A DNA stretch of 64,000 bases from Candidatus Poribacteria bacterium. GTDB taxonomy: Bacteria; Poribacteria; WGA-4E; WGA-3G. The first letter of the stretch is position 1. The number at the start of each line of letters is the position of its first letter. Location of the stretch: NCBI GenBank assembly GCA_965205015.1, contig OZ242029.1:3168001-3232000 (forward strand), written 5' to 3'. Made by a program: the position numbers and the translations under genes. The notes below the pieces were generated by a model. It was not told where the DNA came from. It made no database searches and was given only the letters and a program-made list of their open reading frames with translations. Positions 28,465 through 38,116 of the stretch are shown one piece after another.

Positions 28465-29922
28465 ATGATCTGGCACATAGCAAAACGCGAAATTCTTGAT
28501 AATCTGACCCGTTTTCGGTTCGTACTCACGGTGATTCTGGTAATGGTACTGATGCTGATGAATGCCGTGCTATTTGTGAGTCGTCAATATCCGCGAAGAA
28601 TCGCACAGTATTCCCAAGACGTCAACGCCGCGACAGAATCAATGAAGGAACGAAGTGCCAGTTTAGGTGAGTTAGCCGTATCGGGTCCCGGAGATCTCTA
28701 TAAGCAGCCAAGTCCATTGGGATTTATCGCCACGGGGGCGGACGCGAAACTACCGAAGCGGGTCACCGCGAATGCCTCTTCCGGCAGCAATTGGACGACG
28801 ACCAATTTTCACTACTCGCATTCAAACAATTGGTGGCTTGAATATTCACAAGATGTCTTTCGCAAAAATGATGCTTTGCCAAATTTCACGGAATTGGATT
28901 GGACGTTCATCATCGGGTTGGTTATGAGTTTCATGGCGATTCTATTCACTTACGATGCAGTCTCTGGAGAGCGTGAGACAGGGACGTTAAGCCTGCTCAT
29001 GTCTAATTCTGTATCACGTGCCACTGTGCTTCTGGGAAAATTCATGGGGGCGTTCCTCACACTCCTACTTCCTCTGTTTATCGGGATATTGCTGAACTTA
29101 ATGATCATCAGTGCATCGAAATTAGTGGTGCTGAGTGGAAACGAATGGGCAAGGGTTGGGATAATTTTCGTTACTTCCGCCATCTACATCTCAATATTTC
29201 TATGGCTCGGATTGTTTATTTCAAGCCAATTTTCCAATTCGTCGAGCAGCTTACTGGTCCTCCTTCTAATTTGGGTTGTATTTGTGGTGCTTATTCCGAA
29301 CACAATGGGGGTATTGGCAAGCGGTTTCCGGCAGGTTCCCTCAAGGAGTGAAGCTTTTCGGTTAAAGCAGGCAAAATTGGATGAAATCCATGAGCGATAC
29401 TGGGCAGATAGCAAGCTCTTCCAATTCGGCTCCCCTTCTGACACTCCTCCCAACATTGAAGCACTCAGAACGTGGGCTGGCTATCTCACTGAACGGGCGG
29501 ATGCGAGGAGTCGGTTTGACGATGAACATCTGGATAAGCAGTTCGCACAGGTTGGGTTTACGCAACAAATTACGCGATTATCACCGGCAGCCATCTACAA
29601 ATATACCTTAGAATCCCTGTCTGGGACAGGATTTGCCAGACATAAAAGGTTTATTCAACACGCGCGTCGCTACAGACAACAGTTCGTTGATTTCATCCAA
29701 TCAGAAGACAGAGCGGACAACAAAAGTTACCATGTTTATCTCGTAAAGGAGGGATTATCCCAGAAACCTGTTGCCTTTAGTAGCATTCCCAAGTTCTCCG
29801 AAAAACTGACTGTGGGTATCACTTTCAAAGGGGCGTTGTTGGACCTGATGTTGTTAGTTTTACTCGCGCTGCTCCTGTTTATGGCGGCTGTCTTGGGGTT
29901 TATGACCAGCGACGTTAAGTGA
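28465..29922 (+). CDS. ABC-2 type transporter permease (paralog)
   Basis: WHIAKREI and TYDAVSGERETGTLSLLMSN...LLGKF. Confidence 0.88.
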   Translation: MIWHIAKREILDNLTRFRFVLTVILVMVLMLMNAVLFVSRQYPRRIAQYSQDVNAATESMKERSASLGELAVSGPGDLYKQPSPLGFIATGADAKLPKRVTANASSGSNWTTTNFHYSHSNNWWLEYSQDVFRKNDALPNFTELDWTFIIGLVMSFMAILFTYDAVSGERETGTLSLLMSNSVSRATVLLGKFMGAFLTLLLPLFIGILLNLMIISASKLVVLSGNEWARVGIIFVTSAIYISIFLWLGLFISSQFSNSSSSLLVLLLIWVVFVVLIPNTMGVLASGFRQVPSRSEAFRLKQAKLDEIHERYWADSKLFQFGSPSDTPPNIEALRTWAGYLTERADARSRFDDEHLDKQFAQVGFTQQITRLSPAAIYKYTLESLSGTGFARHKRFIQHARRYRQQFVDFIQSEDRADNKSYHVYLVKEGLSQKPVAFSSIPKFSEKLTVGITFKGALLDLMLLVLLALLLFMAAVLGFMTSDVK

Positions 29923-29934
29923 GGTGAGAAGAAG

Positions 29935-29989
29935 CCGTGATTCGGAGATCACGCCTACAGAAGAATCGCGACTGGGAGATCGCTCCTAC
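29935..29989 (-). repeat. Two tandem GTAG REP hairpins
   Basis: Minus strand GTAGGAGCGATCTCCCAGTCGCGA and GTAGGCGTGATCTCCGAATCACGG; related copy at 46032-46056. Confidence 0.7.
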
Positions 29990-30010
29990 ACTTACTGCAG
30001 AAGATCCTTT

Positions 30011-30039
30011 TTGACTGTTTCCCACTAATGTAGTATAAT
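30011..30039 (+). promoter_or_regulatory. Near-consensus sigma70 promoter facing the 3' end of the minus-strand phyH gene
   Basis: TTGACT-N17-TATAAT. Confidence 0.6.
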
Positions 30040-30089
30040 TTTAAGATAAAGAAAACGCTCGGTTGTGTACAATTTCCGTCTCTGTTGGA

Positions 30090-30938
30090 CTAATCAACAG
30101 CTGGACGTGGTGGGTTTCCCCAATGGCCACTTCTATCCTCTCCGCTCACGACGACACCTTCTCTATCCCAGCGGTAGAAGGCGTGGACATCGGCACTACA
30201 GTATCGCAGCGTGAGACCGCACCGCCGTTTCGGCGAGGGATTGGCGTTTGAGCCGTGTAGCAACAAGTCGGTGTGGATGGAAATTTCACCCGCTTTCAGT
30301 TCAACATCCACGGGTTTACCGTACTGCTCGGCATCTTCAACGATTTGACCCAATACACTGTTTTCGTCGGGTGTGCTGTATCGAGCCGTCAAGTGTCCCG
30401 AGTGATGTGAACCTGCGATGAATCGCATCGCGCCGTTCTCAGCGGTGGCATCGTCAATCGCGAGCCAGACGGTAGCAGTTTTTGAGGGGGTCAGGGGCCA
30501 GTATCCCGCATCTTGATGCCAGCCGACGATTTTTGAGTCGTGCGGCATTTTGCAGAAGTAGTGTGCACCCCAGCCGATAACATCCTCACCGATCAGGTCT
30601 TTCACACAGGCGACGATCCGTGGGTGTGTGAGAAGGTCATACACCTTCCCGTATTTCATGTGTGCGGAGATAATCGAATAACTGCTTCCGCCTTCTGCCA
30701 GGACGCTTGCCAATAGGGTATCGAAGTATTGACGGTGTTCACCGATTTCGGCATCATCGAAAATCGGGATACCTTTGATATAACCGGTGCTATTAAAATC
30801 AGCCAACTGCGCTTGGGTTAGTACCTTCGGATGTTCGGTGACGCTTGGGTAAAACTGGAGGTCGCGTCCCATTTCAGCGAGTTGCTCCCATGTCGGCATG
30901 ATTTTGTCGGTTTTGTAGGTTACGCCTTGGTTTGACAT
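30090..30938 (-). CDS. PhyH-family dioxygenase
   Basis: GWHQDAGYW, WLAIDDA...NGAMRFIAGSH and HGSNAN...RRCG. Start taken at MSNQG (GGTGGAG SD). Confidence 0.9.
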   Translation of the reverse strand: MSNQGVTYKTDKIMPTWEQLAEMGRDLQFYPSVTEHPKVLTQAQLADFNSTGYIKGIPIFDDAEIGEHRQYFDTLLASVLAEGGSSYSIISAHMKYGKVYDLLTHPRIVACVKDLIGEDVIGWGAHYFCKMPHDSKIVGWHQDAGYWPLTPSKTATVWLAIDDATAENGAMRFIAGSHHSGHLTARYSTPDENSVLGQIVEDAEQYGKPVDVELKAGEISIHTDLLLHGSNANPSPKRRCGLTLRYCSADVHAFYRWDREGVVVSGEDRSGHWGNPPRPAVD

Positions 30939-31058
30939 TGTTACTCCACCTTCTGTAAATTCTGATTGCATTTTACCATAAACGTAAAGAAGATGGAATA
31001 ACATTCGACTTTTGTAGCGGAATCTGCATGAAGTTTAAAAAAATAATTCGGTAATTGA

Positions 31059-31121
31059 GGCGCAATGAATTGGGCGACTACGAACCGGTCTGGTTGTAGT
31101 TGTGCGATTCATCGGACGTCT
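31059..31121. repeat. Inverted pair of REP units (REPIN-like)
   Basis: GCGCAATGAATTGGGCGA-CTAC-GAACC...GGTT-GTAG-TTGTGCGATTCATCGGACG. Confidence 0.6.
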
Positions 31122-31139
31122 CGAAATTGAGGTCAATGA

Positions 31140-32276
31140 ATGGCGCATGCATATACCCCCGGTCTTAAGGTTACCGAGGAAATGACAATTCAGAAAGAAC
31201 GGCGGCTTCCGCTCCGAGGCGAGGTGCTCGTCGAAACCGGGGCAACAGTCCAGGCAGAGGACGTTGTCGCGAAGGCGGATCTGCCGGGCAACGTCCAATT
31301 GCTGAACGTTGCCAACCTCCTCAGTGTCCCCGCGGAAGAAGTCACGGAATACATGCTCAAACCCATCGGCGAAATTATTACTAAAGATGAGATTATCGCT
31401 ACAACCAAAGGACTTTTTGGGCTTTTCAAATCGCAGGCACGTTCACCGATTGACGGCACCATCGAAGCCGTGTCCGATATCACAGGGCAGGTTATCCTCC
31501 GTGAACCTCCTGTTCCTGTGGAGGTCAAGGCTTATACAGATGGCACAGTAACGGAGATCGCCCCAGATGAAGGTGTCACAGTCGAGACGTACGGGACCTA
31601 CATCCAAGGCATCTTCGGGGTTAGCGGTGAAACAGTAGGGAATTTAGCTGTTGCTGTCTCTTCCCCAAGTGACGAACTTTCTGCGGAACAGATTCTGTCC
31701 GAACATCGGGACCGTATTTTGGTCGGCGGTTCGCTGGTCACAACCGATGCGATTCAGAAAGCGATCCAGCACGGCGTAAAAGGCATCATTGCCGGTGGAA
31801 TTGACGACGCGGATCTGCGGGAGCTTCTCGGCTATGAGCTCGGCGTTGCGATTACAGGGTCGGAGGAGATCGGAATTACACTCGTTATTACGGAAGGGTT
31901 CGGAAGCATCGCGATGGCGGAACAGACATTTGCACTCTTGAAAGCGCGGGAAGGCATGAAAACCTCTATCAACGGGGCAACGCAAATTCGTGCCGGGGTC
32001 GTCCGTCCGGAGATCGTGATCCCCTTGGTATCAGACGCGGCAGAAACGGTGGAAGCGGCGAAGGATGGAAGCGTGGAAGGCGTTTTGGAGGTTGGCAGCT
32101 CGGTGCGTATCATTCGGGAACCGTATTTCGGCAAATTGGGACGCGTCACGGAGTTGCCAGTAGAACTTCAGAATTTAGAAACAGAAGCGCAGGTGCGGGT
32201 GTTGCGCGTCGAACTTGAAAATGGTGAACAAACCACTTTACCACGTGCCAATGTTGAGGCGATTGAAGGGGGTTAG
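31140..32276 (+). CDS. Conserved hypothetical protein with barrel-sandwich-hybrid repeats and a C-terminal KOW-like motif
   Basis: RRLPLRGEVLV..G..V...DVVA, SPIDGTI, ITEGFG and VGSSVRIIREPYFGKLG. Confidence 0.75.
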   Translation: MAHAYTPGLKVTEEMTIQKERRLPLRGEVLVETGATVQAEDVVAKADLPGNVQLLNVANLLSVPAEEVTEYMLKPIGEIITKDEIIATTKGLFGLFKSQARSPIDGTIEAVSDITGQVILREPPVPVEVKAYTDGTVTEIAPDEGVTVETYGTYIQGIFGVSGETVGNLAVAVSSPSDELSAEQILSEHRDRILVGGSLVTTDAIQKAIQHGVKGIIAGGIDDADLRELLGYELGVAITGSEEIGITLVITEGFGSIAMAEQTFALLKAREGMKTSINGATQIRAGVVRPEIVIPLVSDAAETVEAAKDGSVEGVLEVGSSVRIIREPYFGKLGRVTELPVELQNLETEAQVRVLRVELENGEQTTLPRANVEAIEGG

Positions 32277-32282
32277 TTTGGA

Positions 32283-32307
32283 CGGCACGCGGAGCGTGCC
32301 TACTACT
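32283..32307 (-). repeat. GTAG REP hairpin between convergent genes
   Basis: Minus strand GTAGTAGGCACGCTCCGCGTGCCG. Confidence 0.7.
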
Positions 32308-32320
32308 TTAGGGAGATTTT

Positions 32321-33466
32321 TCAACTGGATTGATTTTCATACCACTTAACGTTGCCGGTGCTGAGACCGCTGGCGACGATGTCCAATCTCCCGTTTCCGT
32401 TCATGTCGAGGACGTGCATCTGTCCGACCCCTAAGCCGCCATTGTCAATTGTTTCTTTGCGCCATCGATTTTGTACCAGATCCTCTGGCCGGTAGAGATG
32501 CAGACTTGTGCCTTCGCCGTTGTAACCACAGATAATCTCAAGGACCCCATCATCGTCAACATCAACCGCAGCGAGGGAGTGTCCTCGGTTGAGCGTGTCG
32601 TCGATGAGATAGCGGTGCCATGGATCCGTTCGCGGATCGCCAGTAGCTTTATACCAGACGAGATTGTTCCCGTGCCACGGCTCAATCGCTAAAATTTCGT
32701 TGATACCGTCGCCATCAATGTCAGCGGCGAATGTGTCGCTACACTCTCGGTCGCTAATGACGCATTTGCCCCAATCGTCCGTCATTGGTGATGTAGGTGG
32801 TTCGTACCAGATCAATCCTTCCGAGCAACTGATCAGGACATCATCACGTCCATCTTGGTCAACATCGTTGATACTCAAGCCGTGATTGATGTGGAGGGAA
32901 TCGTCAAGGAGGCGGGAGTGCCAAGAGGCTGCTTCTCGCGGGGTATCCGACAATTCATAGCACCAGAGGGAGCCGGGGCTGTGCCATTCGCCGGGTTTAC
33001 CGTCCTCGCCGCGAATGGATGCAACAATGAGAAACGGAGCTGATGTTGAGGCATTCTCGGAGAGGTTTGCGAGTCCTATACGGTGGATAAAGGGGACATC
33101 GGCGATGCGGTAACTTTTCCAATTCTGGCCGTCTTGTGCTGGCGCCTCAAGCCATTGGAGGTATCCCTCCGCGGCGTTGACCCCACGATTGAAACCGCTC
33201 CCGACAATGAGATCAGGCGTGCCGTTACCGGTGAGATCGTAAGGTGCGATGGTGATATGTCCGCTGTCCTGATCCGTCACAAGGTGTCTCTTCCAATCGG
33301 GTGCCTCGTACCAAGCAATAATGGGTTCGCCTGTAGAGCCAGCGATGATGTCAAGTTGCCCGTCTCCGTTTATATCAGCGACGGCGAGCCCATAAACACT
33401 TTTGAAGGTGTTGTCCAGTAGGTGTCCTCTGAATTTCACGGTTAATCTCCTCGTATGATCGCACAC
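32321..33466 (-). CDS. FG-GAP/VCBS-repeat beta-propeller protein (no signal peptide)
   Basis: Repeated DINGDGQLD, DVDQDGRDD, DIDGDG and DMNGNG; IEPWHGN resembles the aldos-2-ulose dehydratase propeller. The start may be the GTG at 33439. Confidence 0.8.
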   Translation of the reverse strand: MCDHTRRLTVKFRGHLLDNTFKSVYGLAVADINGDGQLDIIAGSTGEPIIAWYEAPDWKRHLVTDQDSGHITIAPYDLTGNGTPDLIVGSGFNRGVNAAEGYLQWLEAPAQDGQNWKSYRIADVPFIHRIGLANLSENASTSAPFLIVASIRGEDGKPGEWHSPGSLWCYELSDTPREAASWHSRLLDDSLHINHGLSINDVDQDGRDDVLISCSEGLIWYEPPTSPMTDDWGKCVISDRECSDTFAADIDGDGINEILAIEPWHGNNLVWYKATGDPRTDPWHRYLIDDTLNRGHSLAAVDVDDDGVLEIICGYNGEGTSLHLYRPEDLVQNRWRKETIDNGGLGVGQMHVLDMNGNGRLDIVASGLSTGNVKWYENQSS

Positions 33467-33478
33467 GATGTGTTTTAT

Positions 33479-33913
33479 CTAAGGGTTGAGAAAAAATCGG
33501 ATAATCCCAGGCTCTATCTCATACCCAACGCTCGACCAGAATGCGCTCGCCCACGGATATTTCTCTTCTACGAGTGCTGTGATGCGTTTAACGCCGTGTT
33601 TTGCTAAGTATTTCTCGCCTTCCTTGACTAAAGCCCGTCCAATTCCCCGCCGTCGGTAGTCAGGATGCACTGCGAGTCGATACATGTTCCCGCGCCATCC
33701 ATCGAAAGTGGCTATTAAGGAGCCGACGATCCGTTGATCTACCTCAGCGACCAGCACCGTCGCGATGCTTTTTATTGCGCCCTGAATGTCTGCGATAGTA
33801 TCTGTGATGCTCGGGGATGTTCCAGCAGCCTGCCACAATGTGAAAAGTGCTTCTGCCTCTTCTAATCGACATTCTCGGATTAAGAAAGTATCCATTTTGT
33901 CCGATGAATTCAT
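33479..33913 (-). CDS. GNAT-family acetyltransferase
   Basis: FDGWRGNMYRLAVHPDYRRRGIG. Confidence 0.9.
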   Translation of the reverse strand: MNSSDKMDTFLIRECRLEEAEALFTLWQAAGTSPSITDTIADIQGAIKSIATVLVAEVDQRIVGSLIATFDGWRGNMYRLAVHPDYRRRGIGRALVKEGEKYLAKHGVKRITALVEEKYPWASAFWSSVGYEIEPGIIRFFLNP

Positions 33914-34026
33914 ATCTTTGAAACGGGAACGAGGGATGCCAGCAAATAGATTGGCACCTACGGAAGGCGAGGTTAGAAACCTCGCCAGCGAGGGATACTT
34001 ACGGTATACTTACAAGAGAAGAAGAT

Positions 34027-35019
34027 TTACTCGTCAAGCCAGCTCATCATGCTGCGCAGGTTTTTGCCGACTTTTTCGATTTCCAATTCCGCTTCCTGTC
34101 GACGGAGCGCACCGAGTACGGGTTGATTCGCTTCATTTTCCAAGACCCACTCTCGTGCGAAGACACCTTCCTGCACGTCCTTCAAAATTTGGCGCATTTT
34201 GTCTCGAATGCTGTCGTCAATGATCCGCGGACCCCGCGTGAGGTCCCCGAATTCAGCAGTATTGCTAATGTCATTTCGCATTTTGCTCAATCCGCCGGCG
34301 TAAATTAAATCGACAATCAACTTGAGTTCGTGGAGACATTCAAAGTAAGCCATCTCAGGTTGGTACCCCGCTTCAACAAGTGTGTCAAAAGCGGCTTTGA
34401 TGAGTGCCGCGGTCCCGCCACACAGGACGGCTTGTTCGCCAAAGAGATCCGTTTCGGTTTCCTCACGGAAGGTTGTTTCGATGACACCTGAGCGCGTGCC
34501 ACCGATGCCTCTGGCATAAGCGAGCGCGACATCGCGTGCAAGTCCTGTGGTATCTTGATGGATAGCAACAAGGCAAGGCACGCCACCACCGCCTTCAAAT
34601 ACCTCGCGGACAAGGGATCCGGGTCCCTTCGGTGCAATCATTGCGACATCAATGTCACTGGCAGGCACAATCTGTCCAAAATGGACGCTGAACCCGTGTG
34701 AGACGAGGAGCATGTTTCCCGGTTCCATGTTTGGGGCAATCTGATCGCGGTAGACGGCTGCATGCCGTTCGTCAGGGATGAGAACCTGGACGATGTCTGC
34801 CATTGCGGTGGCTTCTTCAACGGTTTTGACGGTTAAGCCTTCGGCTTCCGCTCGCGCTTTTGAACGGCTGCCTTCATATAATCCGACGACAACATTCGCG
34901 CCACTGTCCTTGAGGTTGAGTGACTGGGCACGTCCCTGTGCACCGTAACCCACAACAGCGACGGTGCGCTCTTTCAGTAAATCAAAATTGGCATCACTGT
35001 CGTAATAAATCGTTGCCAT
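34027..35019 (-). CDS. ilvC: Ketol-acid reductoisomerase
   Basis: [28 protein letters not shown] and [14 protein letters not shown]. Confidence 0.98.
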   Translation of the reverse strand: MATIYYDSDANFDLLKERTVAVVGYGAQGRAQSLNLKDSGANVVVGLYEGSRSKARAEAEGLTVKTVEEATAMADIVQVLIPDERHAAVYRDQIAPNMEPGNMLLVSHGFSVHFGQIVPASDIDVAMIAPKGPGSLVREVFEGGGGVPCLVAIHQDTTGLARDVALAYARGIGGTRSGVIETTFREETETDLFGEQAVLCGGTAALIKAAFDTLVEAGYQPEMAYFECLHELKLIVDLIYAGGLSKMRNDISNTAEFGDLTRGPRIIDDSIRDKMRQILKDVQEGVFAREWVLENEANQPVLGALRRQEAELEIEKVGKNLRSMMSWLDE

Positions 35020-35108
35020 TTTTCTAATTTTCCTTGCGGTTCGTTTCGGAAGGTTTGCGTATGAGTGCCCCTTCCGTCTATCTAGGGGAAATACCCTATC
35101 AAAAACCC
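35020..35108 (-). repeat. Dispersed intergenic element, copy 1 (ends at the ilvC start)
   Basis: Core TAATTTTCCTTGCGGTTCG at 35025-35043; also shares GAAATACcCTATCAAAAAC with the copy at 54919-55053. Confidence 0.8.
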
Positions 35109-35228
35109 TGCGTGTTTTTGCGAATCAACGCTGAATGCGCGTGTGGCATTCAGCGGGGTATTTCTGCGTATTGTTGCAGGCTACAATTTAGGGTTAATGG
35201 AGCGGGGCGCAGCCCAGAGGTACATCAA

Positions 35229-35729
35229 TTAAAATTCGGAGCCGCGGAGCATTGCTATTTTGCCGGTGCGTGCTAACTCAAGGATGCCGTAGGTATTGAA
35301 AATATCAATCGCTGCTCTCAATTTACCCTCATCCCCTGTAATTTCAAGGACAAGTGAGGTAGGCTTCATATCAATGACCCGTCCACGGAAGACTTCCGCG
35401 ACTTGTAGCACCTCAGTACGTTTTTGAGGATCGTCGGTGGCGACCTTGATAAGAACAAGTTCTCGCTCAACATGCGTCCCAGCCGTGGAAAGGTCTGTTA
35501 CCTCAATAACGTCAATAAGTCTGTTGAGATGATGATAGATCTGTTCAATAATTTGGGCATCGCCGTGCGTGACAAGCGTTATCTGCGAAATACTCCTGTC
35601 ATGCGTTTCGGCAACGTTAAGGCTATCGATATTAAAGCCGCGTCCGCTGAAGAGTCCCGCAACACGTGCGAGGACTCCAAATCGGTTTTCGACCAAAACG
35701 GAAAAAATGTGTCGTTCTTCAGGATTCAT
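35229..35729 (-). CDS. ilvN: Acetolactate synthase small (regulatory) subunit
   Basis: SVLVENRFGVLARVAGLFSGRGFNIDSL, ERELVLIKV and ELARTG. Confidence 0.97.
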   Translation of the reverse strand: MNPEERHIFSVLVENRFGVLARVAGLFSGRGFNIDSLNVAETHDRSISQITLVTHGDAQIIEQIYHHLNRLIDVIEVTDLSTAGTHVERELVLIKVATDDPQKRTEVLQVAEVFRGRVIDMKPTSLVLEITGDEGKLRAAIDIFNTYGILELARTGKIAMLRGSEF

Positions 35730-35743
35730 TCTTTAATTTTACC

Positions 35744-37420
35744 TTAAGATAAGCCGCGGATAACATCTCCGAGTCCGGCACCCGCTGGTACCATCGGGAA
35801 CACATTTTCTTCTTCATCAACGATAAAGTCGATGACGACCGGACCGTCAGTAATCCCTTTTGCCTTTTGAAGTGCTGGCACAACATCTTCAGTGTGTTCA
35901 ACCCGTAAGCCTGTGGCACCGAATGCTTGTGCGAGTAAAGCGAAATCTGGGTTGTCGTGGTAATCGACAGCGGAATAGCGTTTACCGTGGAACAATTCCT
36001 GCCATTGGCGAACCATTCCCAAGTACATATTGTTGATGATGAAAATCTTAAGCGGCAGTTTCATCGTAACCGCTGGCACCAATTCTTGGATTGTCATGAT
36101 ATAGGAGCCATCGCCATTGATGTTGACGACGGTTTTGTCCGGACATCCAAGTTGCGCACCGATTGCGGCGGGGAGACTGAAGCCCATCGTCCCGAGACCA
36201 CCGGAGTTGAGCCATTGACGGGGTTCAGTGAATTTGAAGTATTGCGCCGCCCACATCTGATGCTGTCCGACATCCGCGACGACAATCGCATCGCTGTAAT
36301 GTTCATAAATCTGCTCAATGACGTATTGCGGCATTACCTTATCGGCTTTTTGCTCGTATTCAAATGGGTACTTCTGCTTCCATTCCTGAATCTGGTCGCG
36401 CCAGGGATCAATATCCGCTATGCCAACCTGTTTGTTGAGTTCAGTGAGGACGTTCTTCGCATCACCAACGATAGGAACATCTACCGGTACATTTTTCCCG
36501 ATACAGGAGGCGTCAATATCAATGTGGATTTTTTTGGCGTTCGGTGCAAATTTATTGAGATCACCGGTAACGCGGTCGTCGAACCTTGCCCCGATAGCAA
36601 TAACAAGGTCTGCGTCCGTAAAAGCGTAATTTGCGCAACAAGAGCCGTGCATTCCGGGCATCTCCATCGCCAAAGGATGCGTTTCGGGAAAAGCACCGAG
36701 CCCCATCAGTGTAACAGTAATCGGGATCTGGGTTTTGAGCGTGAATTGTCGTAGCTCTTCACTGGCATTGGCGAGGACGACGCCACCGCCGGCATACAGC
36801 ATTGGACGTTTCGCTTCCTTAATCAATGCCGCGGCCTTCCCGATTTGCACCGGATCCCCGTGAACTTGCGGTTTGTAACTGCGAATGTCAACCGTTTCTG
36901 GATATTGAAACAGTGCTTCGTGCAGCTGCGCGTCTTTGGCAATGTCAATAACAACAGGCCCGGGTTTCCCAGTCTTCGCGAGGTGAAACGCTTCGGCGAC
37001 GACATCTGCGACTTCGTCGCAATTTTTGATTAAATAACTATGCTTACAGATCGGACGCGTTACACCGATAACGTCACATTCTTGGAAAGCATCGCTGCCG
37101 ATATAATGGGTGAAGACCTGTCCAGTAATCGCGACCATCGGAATCGAATCCATGTAAGCGGTTGCGATACCGGTAACGAGGTTGGTTGCGCCGGGGCCGG
37201 AGGTTGCGAGCGCGACGCCGACATCGCCTGTGGCGCGTGCGTAGCCATCAGCGGCGTGGGAAGCCCCTTGTTCATGCCGCATCGGAATCAATTTGATTTC
37301 CGTCTCACTATACAGGGCATCGAAAATCGGCATCGCCGCGCCACCGTTCACACCAAAGATATATTCGACACCTTCCCGCTTGAGACTGTCAACAAGGATT
37401 TGCGCTCCTGAAAGTTCCAT
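35744..37420 (-). CDS. ilvB: Biosynthetic acetolactate synthase large subunit
   Basis: RHEQGA, TSGPGATN, GARFDDRVTG, GQHQMWAAQ and GMVRQWQ. Start at MELSGA with SD GAGGA. Confidence 0.97.
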   Translation of the reverse strand: MELSGAQILVDSLKREGVEYIFGVNGGAAMPIFDALYSETEIKLIPMRHEQGASHAADGYARATGDVGVALATSGPGATNLVTGIATAYMDSIPMVAITGQVFTHYIGSDAFQECDVIGVTRPICKHSYLIKNCDEVADVVAEAFHLAKTGKPGPVVIDIAKDAQLHEALFQYPETVDIRSYKPQVHGDPVQIGKAAALIKEAKRPMLYAGGGVVLANASEELRQFTLKTQIPITVTLMGLGAFPETHPLAMEMPGMHGSCCANYAFTDADLVIAIGARFDDRVTGDLNKFAPNAKKIHIDIDASCIGKNVPVDVPIVGDAKNVLTELNKQVGIADIDPWRDQIQEWKQKYPFEYEQKADKVMPQYVIEQIYEHYSDAIVVADVGQHQMWAAQYFKFTEPRQWLNSGGLGTMGFSLPAAIGAQLGCPDKTVVNINGDGSYIMTIQELVPAVTMKLPLKIFIINNMYLGMVRQWQELFHGKRYSAVDYHDNPDFALLAQAFGATGLRVEHTEDVVPALQKAKGITDGPVVIDFIVDEEENVFPMVPAGAGLGDVIRGLS

Positions 37421-37525
37421 GCCAATTTTCCTCATAAGCTGCAGGGGTGAGGGATATAGTTCCCTGTTCCCTGCGCGGAGTCGTTGAATTTTCGGTGCAG
37501 CTTGCAAACCGAAAACTTGCTCTAC

Positions 37526-37840
37526 AAAAGAAAAAGCCTCCTCGTTCCGAACATGGAGACGAGAAGGGCATTCACACTGACCTTACCGTGGTACCACTCC
37601 AATTCTCTTTCTCACTTTCATTCAAGATATTGGGTTTACAAAACCCACCTATAATGAGAGAGAGCACTCTTTGGGATGCGATAACGGGCATCACACCGAC
37701 CCATCCTACTGAGGTTTATAGACTGTTCAGATGCGCAGCTCCAGGGCGACCTTCAGTCGTGGGAACTTGTGGAGACCTTTCAGCCTATGAGTCTCCTTCT
37801 CTGGCAAGTCGGGACGACTTACTCCTCCCCTTCAACGCTT
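37526..37840 (-). ncRNA. T-box riboswitch (transcriptional), specifier GUC (Val)
   Basis: Stem I GCGTTGAAGGGGAGGAGTA...AGAGA...GCTGAAAG...GAA-G-GTC-G-CCCT; CCCGTTATC..AGAGTG; T-box GGAGTGGTACCACG pairing with CGTCTCC; alternative terminator CTTCTCGT...ACGAGGAGGC-TTTTTCTTTT. Confidence 0.93.
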
Positions 37841-37928
37841 TTATAGGTAATCTATTTAATTGTTAATTACGCACGCTGTTTTAATGAAGTTTCATAGGCG
37901 CGCTAAAAAAACTATATGTTATGTCTTA

Positions 37929-37957
37929 AGTATAACACATCTGAACAGAAATGTCAA
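37929..37957 (-). promoter_or_regulatory. Sigma70 promoter of the T-box-ilvBNC operon
   Basis: Minus strand TTGACA-N17-TATACT with TG extension. Confidence 0.8.
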
Positions 37958-38050
37958 GAAAAATTTAATCGCGCCCCGGCAATAGGAATTATATTTCGCG
38001 TGGTAAGAAGTCAGTGGAAATATAGGGGCGTGTGTCCGTTACTTTAGGAA

Positions 38051-38091
38051 GTAGAGGGTAGGTTTGAAACACACTTCGCTCCTACCCCTAC
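38051..38091. repeat. GTAG-ended inverted repeat downstream of sodA
   Basis: GTAGAGGGTAGG pairs with CCTACCCCTAC. Confidence 0.6.
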
Positions 38092-38116
38092 CAACATGTA
38101 AACGTGTTACGGAATG

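Noticed and set aside
37421-37866. Extended ilvB N-terminus and the 139-aa plus-strand ORF 37447-37866
   Set aside because: Both overlap the T-box leader; the SD supports a start at 37420.
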